Assembly (NCBI GenBank): GCA_028826165.1
Contig: JAPDFW010000122.1
Location: 101,248 to 165,247 of the forward strand
Length of the DNA: 64,000 nt
Direction of reading: 5' to 3'
Source: Anaeramoeba ignava BMAN
Lineage: Eukaryota > Protista > Anaeramoebae
Below are positions 18,801 to 34,491 of the stretch, piece after piece. Within the stretch, counting starts at the first letter, position 1, and every line of letters begins with the position of its first letter. The position numbers and the translations under genes were made by a program. The notes under the pieces were generated by a model, which ran no database searches, was not told the origin of the DNA, and was given only the letters and a program-made list of their open reading frames with translations.

Positions 18801-19998
18801 TAATTTTATAAATAATTTTATAAATAATTTTATAAATAATTTTATAAATAATTTTATAAATAATTTTATAAATAATTTTATAAATAATTTTATAAATAAT
18901 TTTATAAATAATTTTATAAATAATTTTATAAATAATTTTATAAATAATTTTATAAATAATTTTATATTTAATTTTATAAATAATTTTATATTTAATTTTA
19001 TAATTAATTTTATAATTAATTTTATAAATAATTTTATATTTAATTTTATAATTAATTTTGTTTAAATTTAAAAGGAAAAAATATCGATATAATGAAACTG
19101 GCGTATTTTATTTTGCAACTTTGATTTTGTCAACTATTTTCCTTCTATGGGAATGGATTATTAGTTTCTTTACACTTCCTTGGAGTTATGATGCAATAGC
19201 TTATCTTTTTCATCATTACATCCCTTTATTTTTACAATTTGGAATGTAAAATTATATTTAAAAATTTATAAATTAAATTAAAATTTATATCGAATTTTTA
19301 GGTTTTCAATCTTCGTTTTATTCATTTTGAAGATTTATTACTTCATCCAAAACAAACAAAACAAATTTAAAATTTTCTTTCGAATTTATCTTCTTATAGT
19401 TTTCTTACTTTTTTGTATAATGTATGCAGTTTGTGTGATTCTTGATTCTTATGAAGGAAGATCATATCAAAAAACATTCAACGAATTATCAGCCATTTTA
19501 ATCGGAATTTTTGTTATTATTTTTACAATAATCTCAATTAAAATTGGAATTGTTCTCAAAGATTTTGGAACTGTTCAACATAAAACAAGTCGGAAAATTA
19601 AAATTTTTTCCGTTTTCTTATTTATATATTTGTCAGTTTTTATTTTTCGGATGTTTTGGTTGATTTTTGATTTATCAGATGCTAATACACTTTATGACAA
19701 CATGAAAAATTGGGAAAATGATGGCGATTCAAGATATTATACTGCTAATCTCATTCTTCGCGGATTTCTTGAATTAGTTCCAACAATTATTATTGTAACT
19801 ATTTTCCATTTTGGAGTTATGAAAAGAAAAAAAATATCAGAGTTACTTGATTCAGAAAAAAATTCTTTAGTCGCTCCAAAAGTTACAATTCAATCTCGTC
19901 ATTCAAATTCTTCAAGTCTTTTATGTTGTGGTTGTTGTCATAAAAAATCTGTTTGGAAAGAATCAAATAATGAGTTTCTTGATGAAGATCTTTTTTAA
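15847..19998 (+). CDS. GPR137/THH1-TOM1-like multi-pass membrane protein, 3 exons
   Basis: Exon 1 MSQSDFNPH..FYQFITR joins across a ~3.1-kb satellite intron to ~19075. Several hydrophobic helices, IPLFLQFGMFS and FLELVPTII motifs. Confidence 0.6.
16060..19055. repeat. 12-bp intronic satellite (AAATAATTTTAT)n
   Basis: Directly visible tandem array. Confidence 0.95.
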
Positions 19999-20196
19999 TT
20001 CAATTTAGTTCCAAATTTTGTTAATTGATTGTCTTTTTTTTTTGTTCTTTTTCTTTTTCTTTTTCTTTTTCTCAATTTGATTTGGAAAAAGAAAATACGT
20101 TTTTTTTCTAACTTTTGATAATGATTTAATCAAAAAAAAAAAAATTTTAAAATTATTTTTCATTTTTTCTTTTTTTAAAAATAATCATTTCGAAAA

Positions 20197-23100
20197 ATGA
20201 ATCTTTTTTCTCTCATTTTATTTCTGTTTTTATTCTATCTTTCTTTTTGTTCTAGAATTCATATTGACCCAAAAATTCATCCTTTTTACTTTCAAAATCA
20301 ACTCTCAAAACAAATTCCAGAACATTTTATAATTGATTCAAAATCAATCCAAAAGAAAATTTCAAACAAAAATAAATCACTTACATATTTATCAGCAATT
20401 ATCAATTTACGAAATGAAGAAATGGATGAAAAAAAGCAAAAATCAAAGAAAAAAACGAAAAAAATCAATCAATTAAAAGCAAAAATTTATTTTATCAAAC
20501 CTTCTATTGTTAGATTGAAAATATCAGAAAATCAACCAATCCAAAAAAGATATAAATGTTCAGAAGCTCTTCAAGAGAATTCTTTTGAATATCATACATT
20601 CAAAATGGATTTACAAGAAGATTATGTTGAAATCATTATTGATGGAGAAGATAATATCAATTACAATAATGAGGAAAATGTTATCTCTGTTAAACTTTTC
20701 TTCAATCCTTTTAATATTCTTGTTAAAAATCAAGATTTCCCACTTTTCTCAATTAATTCTGATTCTTTATTGAGATTTGAGAATGACCAAGAAAATGATT
20801 TGGAATCAATTGCAATAGATACTGCTTTTATTAATTCCCATAAAGTTTATGGAATTCCAGAAAGACCAACAGATGATTTACATTTAAAAAATACAACAAA
20901 AGAAAATCCTTTAATTTTATTTAGTTGTGATGCTGGAAGATATTCAATTAATTCAGGAGACTCTTTGTATGGAAATGTTCCTATGGCTATTGGTATTCAT
21001 GATATTTCGGATCGATCTGAAATTATAAATCCAAGAACATCTTCAATATTTTGGATGAATTCTTCAGAAACTTATGTTGATATTGAAGATTGTGAAATTA
21101 AATATGAAAAGGATAATCTAAATACGCAAGGAAAAAGACTTTATTGGAATAGTCAATGTGGATATTTAAAATTTATAATTTAAAATTTATTCAATTTATT
21201 CAATTTATTATTTATTATTTAGGTGGGAATATTGATATTTTTTTGCTAACTGGAAAAAATAATAATCCAAAATTCATTTGGAATCAATATTTCACAATTA
21301 CTGGTTATCCAATGTTTCCTCCTTTATTTTCTATCGGATATAATCAATGCCGTTGGAATTACTACACTCAAAAAGAATGCTATGATATCAATGATACATT
21401 CAATAAACACAATATCCCTTATGATGTTTTATGGCTTGATATCGATCATACAGATGAAAAAAAATACTTCACTTTTGATAAATCAAATTTCCCGAATCCT
21501 AAAAAATTACAACAAGATTTAAATTTAGATGGTCGAAAAACTATTGTGATTGTGGATCCTCATATTAAAGTTGATGAATCATGGGAAGTTTATAAACAAG
21601 GGAAAAAAGATTCATTATTTATTCTAGATTCAGATGGAAAAGAAGAATTTATTGGTTCATGTTGGCCAGGGTATTTTTACTTTATATATATAAATATATA
21701 AATATAAATAATGAAAATTAATTTGGAATTTATTAAAAAAAAAAATAGGAAATCTGCTTGGGTTGATTTTTTAAATCCAAAAGGTAATTTTTATATTTTT
21801 TGTTTTTAAATTAAAATTCCAAAAAAAAATAATTTTTTGTTCCACTTTTTTTTTGTTTTTTTTTAAGCTGTTGATTGGTGGACTTCTTTATTTAGTTATG
21901 AAAATCACAAAGATTCAACACCAAATCTTTTTGTTTGGAATGTAAAACAATATTTTTTTTTTGGAATTAAAATTAAAATTAAAATTAAAATATTCAAAAT
22001 AAAAAGGATATGAATGAACCAGCAATTTTTCACGCCCCACGCAAAACAATTCCTGAGAAGGCAAAACATTGGGGAGGAGTGAACCATCGAGATCTTCATA
22101 ATGCGTATGGATTGTTAATGCACAAATCAACATATCAAGGACTTCTTGAAAGAGAAGAAGATAAGAACCGAAGACCTTTTGTTTTAACTCGTTCATTTTT
22201 TGCCGGATCGCAAAAATTTTCAGCAGTTTGGACTGGAGACAACACCTCGCAATGGGACCACTTAAAAGCAACACCCTCGATGATAGCTAATTTGAATCTT
22301 GCAGGCATTCCCTTTAGTGGGGCTGATACTGGTGGTTTTTTCGATGATCCAACTCCAGAACTTTTTGTCCGTTGGTTCCAATTAGGATCTCTTCATCCCT
22401 TCTTTAGAGGTCACTCTCACCACAGAGCAAACAAGAAAGAGCCTTGGGTTTTCGGGGATCCTTATACTTCTCTTGTCAGAAATGCTATCCAAACAAGATA
22501 TAAATTGATTCCACTTTTTTACACTTTGTTCTATCAGTCTTCAAAATTTGGATTTCCAATAATTCGTCCTTTGTGGCTTGAATTTGGATTTGATTCCATA
22601 ACTTCCAAAGATAATATCGAGAACTCTTCGTTTATGATAGGTGATTCCCTTTTATGCTATCCTATTCTTGAACCAAATAGCAAAATTAAATCTATTCTTT
22701 TACCACGAAATTCTGTTTGTTATGATTTTTTCACGCATTACAAATATGTGGGGAATGGTAAGGAATTCTTTCTTCTGTGCAATCTCTCAACAACTCCTAT
22801 TTACATTCGTGGGGGTTCTATTGTTCCATTGAGGAGAAATGTTGAAGCTAAAAAAAGTGGAACAGAAATGATGTTTGATCCTTTATTGATTCTTATTGCT
22901 CTTGATAACAACATGAATTCCCAAGGATTTTTGTATCAAGATGATGGTGTTTCTTTTAATTACCAAACGAAGAATGAGTTTATTTATCAAAGTTTTACAT
23001 TTAGTGAATTTTGTCTTGATTCAAAAAATTTAAATAATCAAAAAGAACAAAAAATTCCAGAAAAATTTCAACTTGAAATTGAAGAGATTGTGATTTTAGG

Positions 23101-23278
23101 AATTCCTTATTCTGTTAATGTTAATGGGATTACAAGTGATTATCATAATGAAGATATAGAATTTGAAAAGTATCAAGTTGAGCATGGGAATGAAAGTTAT
23201 CAAAAGATTGTTATTAAGAATGTTAATTTACGAATTGGGGATGATTGGAAATTAAGACTAAATTTAAAAACCGATTAA
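20197..23278 (+). CDS. GH31 alpha-glucosidase (glucosidase II alpha-like), multi-exon
   Basis: Signal peptide, YGIPE, GYNQCRWNY, WLDIDH, spliced WNDMNEP nucleophile motif, WTGDN, GADTGGF, PFFRGHSH. Confidence 0.92.
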
Positions 23279-23279
23279 A

Positions 23280-24340
23280 ACCCGATTAAAACAGAATTTT
23301 AAACAGAATTTTAAACAGAATTTTAAACAGAATTTTAAACAGAATTTTAAAAAGAATTTAAAACAGAATTTTAAACAGAATTTAAACAAAATTTTAAACA
23401 GAATTTAAACAGAATTTAAAACAGAATTTTAAACATAATTTTAAAAAGAATTTTAAACAGAATTTAAAACAGAATTTTAAACAGAATTTTAAAACAATTT
23501 AATAATTTTAAAAGAATTTAAACAGAATTTAAACAGAATTTAATAATTTTAATACATCAATTTAAAACAAAATTTTATTAATCAATTTTAAACAGAATTT
23601 TAAACAGAATTTAATAATCAATTTATTAATCAATTTAATAATCAATTTAATAATCAATTTAATAATCAATTTATTAATCAATTTATTAATCAATTTATTA
23701 ATCAATTTATTAATTAATTTATTAATCAATTTATTAATTAATTTATTAATTAATTTAATAATCAATTTATTAATTAATTTAATAATCAATTTATTAATCA
23801 ATTTATTAATCAATTAATTTATTAATCAATTTAATAATCAATTTATTAATCAATTTAATAATCAATTTAATAATCAATTTATTAATCAATTTATTAATCA
23901 ATTTAATAATCAATTTATTAATCAATTTAATAATCAATTTATTAATCAATTTAATAATCAATTTAATAATCAATTTAATAATTAATTTAATAATCAATTT
24001 AATAACCAATTTATTAATTTATTAATTAATTTAATAATCAATTTATTAATCAATTTAATAATTAATCAATTTAATAATCAATTTAATAATCAATTTAATA
24101 ATCAATTTAATAATCAATTTAATAATCAATTTATTAATCAATTTAATAATCAATTTAATAATCAATTTAATAATCAATTTAATAATCAATTTAATAATCA
24201 ATTTATTAATCAATTTATTAATCAATTTATTAATCAATTTAATAATCAATTTATTAATCAATTTAATAATCAATTTAATAATCAATTTAATAATCAATTT
24301 AATAATCAATTTAATAATCAATTTATTAATCAATTTAAGA
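23280..24340. repeat. Intergenic compound satellite: (AAACAGAATTTT)n then (TAATCAATTTAW)n
   Basis: Directly visible. Confidence 0.9.
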
Positions 24341-24480
24341 AAAATGGAATAAATTAAGAATTAGGGAAAAAATAATAAAATTCAAAAAAAATGACTAATT
24401 TTTACAAAATATTGTTTTTTTTTAATTTTTTTTAATTTTTTTTAATTTCATTTTTTTCATTTTTTTCATTTTTTTTCTCT

Positions 24481-28110
<3,630 letters not shown>

Positions 28111-28643
28111 AATCTTTTCCAAGAATTTTTTTTTTTACTTTTCGTGATTTTTTGATTTTCGATCAAAAAATAAAAAATAAAAAGTTTCAACAAGAAATTA
28201 TTTTTAAATTGATTTTAAATTGATTTTAATTTGATTTTAATTTTAAATTGATTTTAAATTGATTTTTATTTTAAATTGATTTTAAATTGATTTTAAATTG
28301 ATTTTGATTTTAAATTGATTTTAAATTGATTTTAAATTGATTTTAAATTGATTTTAATTTGATTTTAAATTGATTTTGATTTTAATTTGATTTTAAATTG
28401 ATTTTGATTTTAAATTGATTTTAAATTGATTTTGATTTTAAATTGATTTTAAATTGATTTTAAATTGATTTTGATTTTAATTTGATTTTAAATTGATTTT
28501 AATTTTAAATTGATTTTAAATTGATTTTGATTTTAAATTGATTTTGATTTTAAATTGATTTTGATTTTAAATTTTCCATTTTTTTCTTTTTAAATTTTTC
28601 ATTTTTAAATTTTTCATTTTTTCATTTTTTTCATTTTTTTTTA

Positions 28644-30116
28644 ATGTCAAGTACTTTCGAAAATCAAAAAAAACTTTCAGAACATTTACTAACTCTTTGG
28701 AAATCAGAAGAATTTTACGATTTTGAAATTCTAATCAATTACCAAAACAAACAAAAAGTATTCAAATGCCATAAAGCAATACTTGCAAATAGAAGTGAAT
28801 ATTTCAATGCATTATTTAGAAGTAAAATGAAAGAATTTCAAGAATCAAAAGTTGAATTCAAAGATATTTCACACGATGTTTTAAACTCAATCCTTTATTA
28901 CATTTACACTGGAAAAATTGAAATTTTCCCAGAAAATGCTGTTGAAATTTTAGTCGCTTCCAAAAAATTATTTCTTGATGAAGAACTTATTTTATTTCTG
29001 ATAAATTACATCCAAAAAAATATTAGTGAAGAAAATGTTGTTGATTTACTTGAATTTGCAAATCAATTTGGATTCTTAGAACTTTCCAAATTTTGCCTCA
29101 AAAACATTGAAGATAACATTCAACCTCTTGTTGAAAAAAATGAGATTTTCCGACTTTGTGAGCAAGATTTTGAATCCATTTGTCGAAATTCCAATTTTTT
29201 TGGCTTTAATAGAGAAATGGAAATTTTTAACTTGGTTCTTCAATGGTGTCAATCCAATTTGAATTTCTCAAGAAACATCTACTCAATTCCAAACCAAGAG
29301 GCGAATCAAATCCAAGAAAAAATGCAGAAATTTATTGAGTTTATTCGTTTTTGCAATTTTTCCCAAAAAGATCTTGAAAATATCCAAAAACTGCAAGTTG
29401 TTTCAAAATCAATTATGGATGACGCCTTTATTTTCCAGAGTAAAACAGATCAAAAACAGGAAATCCAAGAAAAATATTTAAACAAAGGAATGAAAATATT
29501 CGTATCAAGAAATCCGCTTGTCACAAGTTCAATCATTGGCAAAAACGGTTTTTTCCAGGGAAAATTGACCAAGTGGATTAATTCAAGTGATTTCATCAAC
29601 AAAGCAAAATTGGGATATTCAGGATTAATTGATGGATTTCAACCGAAAGTATTCCATTCAAAATGTGATGATAAAGGAAAAACTTTGATTTTGATTGAAA
29701 CAACTGAAGGATATATTTTTGGCGGTTATACTGAACAAGGATGGACAGCTGACCAAAACCGTTGGAAGGAAATCATTACAGCAAAAATGACTGGATGGAT
29801 TCCAGATGAGAAAGCGTTTATTTTTTCCTTAGTCAATTATCGAAAAACAGAACCAATTAAATTTGATATTCGCGAATCAAAATATAAAGATGCTATTTAT
29901 TATTCTGATAATGATGGTCCTAGTTTGGGTCAAACTAGTGGTTTTGATATTGGAATTAGAGGCAAAGATTTTTATGATTGTTGGTCTTATCTTGGTAATA
30001 CTTTTGAAACTCATGATATGTTTCAAACTCAAACTTATAATGATGAATCTTGTAAGTTTCTTGCTGGTCAAAGTAGTAGTTGGAAAATTAAGGAAATTGA
30101 AGCTTATTTTATTTAG
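28644..30116 (+). CDS. BTB/BACK + TLDc domain protein (intronless)
   Basis: BTB (FKCHKAILANRSEYFNALF) and TLDc (FHSKCDDKGKTL..IFGGYT..AFIFSL..EIEAY). Confidence 0.9.
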   Translation: MSSTFENQKKLSEHLLTLWKSEEFYDFEILINYQNKQKVFKCHKAILANRSEYFNALFRSKMKEFQESKVEFKDISHDVLNSILYYIYTGKIEIFPENAVEILVASKKLFLDEELILFLINYIQKNISEENVVDLLEFANQFGFLELSKFCLKNIEDNIQPLVEKNEIFRLCEQDFESICRNSNFFGFNREMEIFNLVLQWCQSNLNFSRNIYSIPNQEANQIQEKMQKFIEFIRFCNFSQKDLENIQKLQVVSKSIMDDAFIFQSKTDQKQEIQEKYLNKGMKIFVSRNPLVTSSIIGKNGFFQGKLTKWINSSDFINKAKLGYSGLIDGFQPKVFHSKCDDKGKTLILIETTEGYIFGGYTEQGWTADQNRWKEIITAKMTGWIPDEKAFIFSLVNYRKTEPIKFDIRESKYKDAIYYSDNDGPSLGQTSGFDIGIRGKDFYDCWSYLGNTFETHDMFQTQTYNDESCKFLAGQSSSWKIKEIEAYFI

Positions 30117-30597
30117 TAGAATCAAATTTAAAAATCAAAATCAAAATCAAAATCAAAATCAAAATCAAAATAGAATCAAAATTAAAATCAAAATCAAAAT
30201 CAAAATCAAATTCAAAATAGAATCAAAATTAAAATCAAAATCAAAATTTAAATAGAATCAAAATCAAAATCAAAATCAAAATCAAAATTAAAATTCAAAT
30301 TGAAAATCAAAATCAAAATTAAAATCAAAAATTCAAAATCAAAATCAAAATCAAAATCAAATTCAAAATCAAATTCAAAATCAAATTCAAAATCAAATTC
30401 AAAATCAAAATCAAAATCAAAATTTAAATTAAAATTGAAAATCAAAATCAAAATCAAAATCAAAATCAAATTCAAATTCAAAATCAAAATCAAAATCAAA
30501 ATTCAAATTCAAAATCAAAATCAAAATAAATCAAATTCAAAATAAATCAAAATTAAAATCAAATTCAAAATAAATCAAAATTAAAATTTTTCATTTT

Positions 30598-33500
30598 TCA
30601 TTTTTCATTTTCTTCTTGATGAAAAATATTTCTAAATTCAATTTGAAGATCTTCTAAATATTTTCTCAAATTTTGTTCATTAAGTGAAGAATTTTTGAGA
30701 GAAAGAAGTAAATCAGAAAGTTGGAAAATTTTTCTATTAAAAGTAGGAAGAAGAAAAGAAGAATTAGAATTAAATGATTTAAGAAGAGAATTTTTTTGAG
30801 ATTGAATTAGAAGAGAATAAATGGAATGAGAATCATTTAAAACATCAGAAGGAAAACCAGCCAATTTTGCCATTTCAATTCCATAAAGATTTTGGGATTG
30901 AATTCCTTCACCAATGCTATAAAGAAAACGAATTCCATCATGACTTTGGTCGATCATAAAATGAAAATTCTTCACATTTGGATAAATTTCTTCCAATCGA
31001 GTTAAATGAGTAAAATGAGTTGCAAAAAGAACAAGAGATTTTTTCATCAATAATTCTTCGCAAATTGCAAATGCAATCCCAACTCCTTCTTTAACAGATG
31101 TTCCTCTTCCAAGTTCATCAATTAGAACTAGACTTTTTTCTGTTGAATTCTGACAAATATACAACGCTTCTCTCATTTCAACCATAAAAGAGCTTGCATT
31201 TGATTCAAGTTCATCATTTGTTCCCATTCGACTAAATAATCGATCAACACATCGAAATGACCCATAATTTCCAGGAATATAACTCCCAATGTGAGCTAAG
31301 ATTGTTATCAATCCCACTTGTTGAAGATAAGTTGAATTGTGACTTATCATCCCATTTGCAATATAACTTTCTTCTTTTGGGATGCTTAAATCATACACTT
31401 GCCTTTTTTTCCTTTTCTTTTCTTTCTTTTTTCCCACTTTTTCAAGGAAAAATTCTTCCTCAATTTTCAATCCTTTTTTTTCTAAACAATCTTTCAAATA
31501 TCGAATTATTCTTCTTTTTTCTCCCTTCTCTCCAAAAATCAATTCATATCCTTTCCTTCTTTCATCCTTTCTTTTTTTCTTCAATTTTGTTTGAATTCCA
31601 ATATTTAAAAATATTAATTGTAATAATCTCAAGAAATCATGCAAATCAAATTCAATTGAATTTCCTTCATCTTCATCATTTTCTAAAACTGAAAGTAAAA
31701 ATATATCAAATATTCTTTTGGTGCTTCCAAAATACATTGTGGAACTGTTCCATAATATTTCTCTTCTTTTTCTTTTTCTTTTTCTAAAATCCAAATTGAT
31801 AATCCAATCATAAAATTAAGGATTTCCTTGTTCTTAAATTCATATACATTTCTTTCTATCCTTTCAAAAAGTTGTGATTCTTTGTGAATATTAAAAACTT
31901 TTTTCATCAAATTCCCAATTTTCCAATATTGTTTAAGAGAAGAAATGAATAAGCATCTTTTTCCTTCAGAAATTAATAACCTTGATGAATAAGCTAATAA
32001 TCCTAATAACTGAGCCAATTTAGGAGAAATTTTTGTTGGCATTTCTTCATTTCCAAAGTTTAAATTTGTCGAATTCCCAAAAATATTCATTCCTTTTTTT
32101 AAAACAACAAACTCTCCTTCAGAGATTTCCACAAATTTTTTCCAGACAAAATTATTCACTTCCAACTTTGAAGAATCTTGATGAGAATGATCCAGAACTA
32201 ATAATTTATGATCATAAGTTCCCTTGATTTGAAAACCTGATTCTGTAGTTATTGAGATGATTCGGTTATCTATTTTTGTGAAAAAATGAGATGGGTTTTC
32301 AATTCCATTTATGGAACAAACTTGAGAATTCAAATCAATTTTTGTGAAACAATCCTTTTTTTGCATTTTTGGAGGAATCAAATTTTGGATTGGAATCATT
32401 CCTTGAGAAGAAAAGATAATTGTGTTACCAAGAACACATTTTCCAGCCATATTTGGGCCAGTAATTATTTGTAAATTTGCAGAATTAGAGATGAAAGTAT
32501 CGTTAGGAATAAAGATTTGATTCTCTGATTGGAAAATTGATTCTTTAATTGGATGTCTTCCTTGGCGAATTGCAATAGGTCCATCTTCACAAAATTCTGG
32601 AGAACTCCATTCACCTTCTTGTTTTGAAACAAAATTAATCAAAGACAAAATCATATCCAATAAAGAAATGGATTCTGCAACGTTGTAAATACAATCCACA
32701 TGTTTTCTCAAAGAAAAAACAAGATTGTTTATTACTCCTTCTGTTAAAAGAAGAATTTCAGTTATCGATTCTTTGTTTCTCTCATTCAAAGCAATTAAAT
32801 TATCAGAAGTGCATAACCATCTTTTTCTATGCCTAATCGCCTTTACAAATACTTCTGGAAGATGACCAATTGCAAGAGGAATTGAAAGATAATATCCCCT
32901 TTTTCGAGTATACAAGAGTTTCAAATTTGGGATTTGGTATTCTTCTTTGTAAAGCTCAACTAATTTGTAAATATCTTCAATTGTTTCTGAATAAGTTTTT
33001 CTAGCAACATCAAGAAGTCCATTTATTCCTGATTTGATTGCAAAGCATATCTGGTTCTGTCTTTGGAGTTTATTTCTACTGTACACAGTTTCTTCAGCTA
33101 TCAATTCGTTGATTAAGATCAACATATTATCAATTGATGGATTAGATAAGGAAGATGAGATTTGTCTTGCAAGTTCAGATTCAAATTTTGTCAGCAAATC
33201 ATACAGTTTGGGAGCTGTTGTTAAGACTTGCTTAAAAAGAATTATTGCATTCAACTGATGCTCTGTTTGTTTTGGTGATGTTCCTTTTGGAATTTGGATT
33301 AGAACTGATAAAAATTGATGAAGATCTCCAAAAAATGGAAGAATTTTGCTCATTTCTATGTGAGAATCAGTTTCTTTTAATAATTCTGAAAAAAATTCCA
33401 GACGAGAAGTAATCATTGTAATATCATTAGGAGGTTGAACTAAATTTGCTCTTAATAATCTATATCCCCCAAGTGTTTTTGTTGAATCCAAAAGTTTTAA

Positions 33501-34292
33501 AAGTGAATTTGCTTTGTTTCCAGTTCTTGAATTTGATAAAATTTCAAGATTTTTAATAGTGGAAGAATCGATAAGCATACTAAGAAAGATTATAAAAGAA
33601 ATATCATAAAAAATATCAAAATTTTTCTTTCTTTTTTTTTTCTTTACCTTCCTTCCAAAGGTTTAAATTCAATTTTTAAGCTATTTGTTGCTATTGTTAT
33701 GTTTTGAGTAAATTCCACATACTTTAAAAGCGCTGAGCAAGCAGCGATACAAAGATATCTTGAAGCAACAACTTGTTCCACACTTTGATTTTCTTTCAAT
33801 TTATATTTTTTTATATAAAAAGATCCTTTTGATTCCGAAAAATATTTTCTAGCAACAGTTTCAATTTGAATAAAAGAAAATTGTGATTCAATCATTTTAT
33901 ATAGAGGAGTATCGATTGCTGTATTTGAAATTATAATTAAAGAAGGGTCTAAAAAAGTAATCATTGTTTGAAAATTTGGATAAGAATGAGAATCAGAAAA
34001 TTGATTTAAAATCACTTCTGGTTTTTTAGAATTCCAAGAAGCAATCCCAATCTAAAATTCAATCAATCAATCAAAAAAAAAGAGAAGAAGAAGAAAAAGA
34101 AATTTTATTATTTTTTTAAATTTTCTTTTGAAAAATTACTTCATGTGCTCTATTCTCTATTACAGATACTATTATTGGTCCTGTTAAAATTGTTGATTCT
34201 TTTGATTTTCCTTTTTTGATTTTGTTTTTTTCTTCTTGATTTATTATATTTTTATTCACTTTTTTTTGATTAGATTTTGGTTTTTTGATCAT
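30598..34292 (-). CDS. MSH4: MutS homolog 4, exons 34292-34140, 34051-33648, 33579-30598. Contains an intein and a 1-nt frame break
   Basis: IENRAHEIGIA, FAIKSGINGLLDVARKTY, GRHPI, IITGPNMAGK|STYLQQV, SSFMVEM, LIDELGRGTS, FATHF, YGIEMA. Confidence 0.88.
31336..32438 (-). mobile_element. Intein (~368 aa) with degenerate LAGLIDADG endonuclease, in the MSH4 Walker A motif
   Basis: Block A CVLGNTII directly after GK. Block B IKGTYDHKLL. Blocks F/G VYDLSIP..YIANGMISHN followed by +1 Ser. Removal restores GPNMAGKST. Confidence 0.95.
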
Positions 34293-34491
34293 TTTTTTTT
34301 TAAAAATTTTTCAAACAAAAAAAAAATGGAATTTGAAAGAAAAATTTATTTTTTTTCTTTTAAGATGTTTTTAGATCAAAAACAAAAACAAATGAAATTA
34401 AAATCAAAAACAAAAACAAAAACAAAAACAAAAACAAAAACAAATTTTTCATTTTTCATTTTTCATTTTAAAAAAAATTATTATTATTTTA

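Noticed and set aside
31690-31710. Programmed -1 frameshift or intron inside the intein
   Set aside because: No X XXY YYZ heptamer in frame and no suitable GT-AG pair. Similar single-base homopolymer breaks occur in PFO and Sin3, so assembly error is more parsimonious
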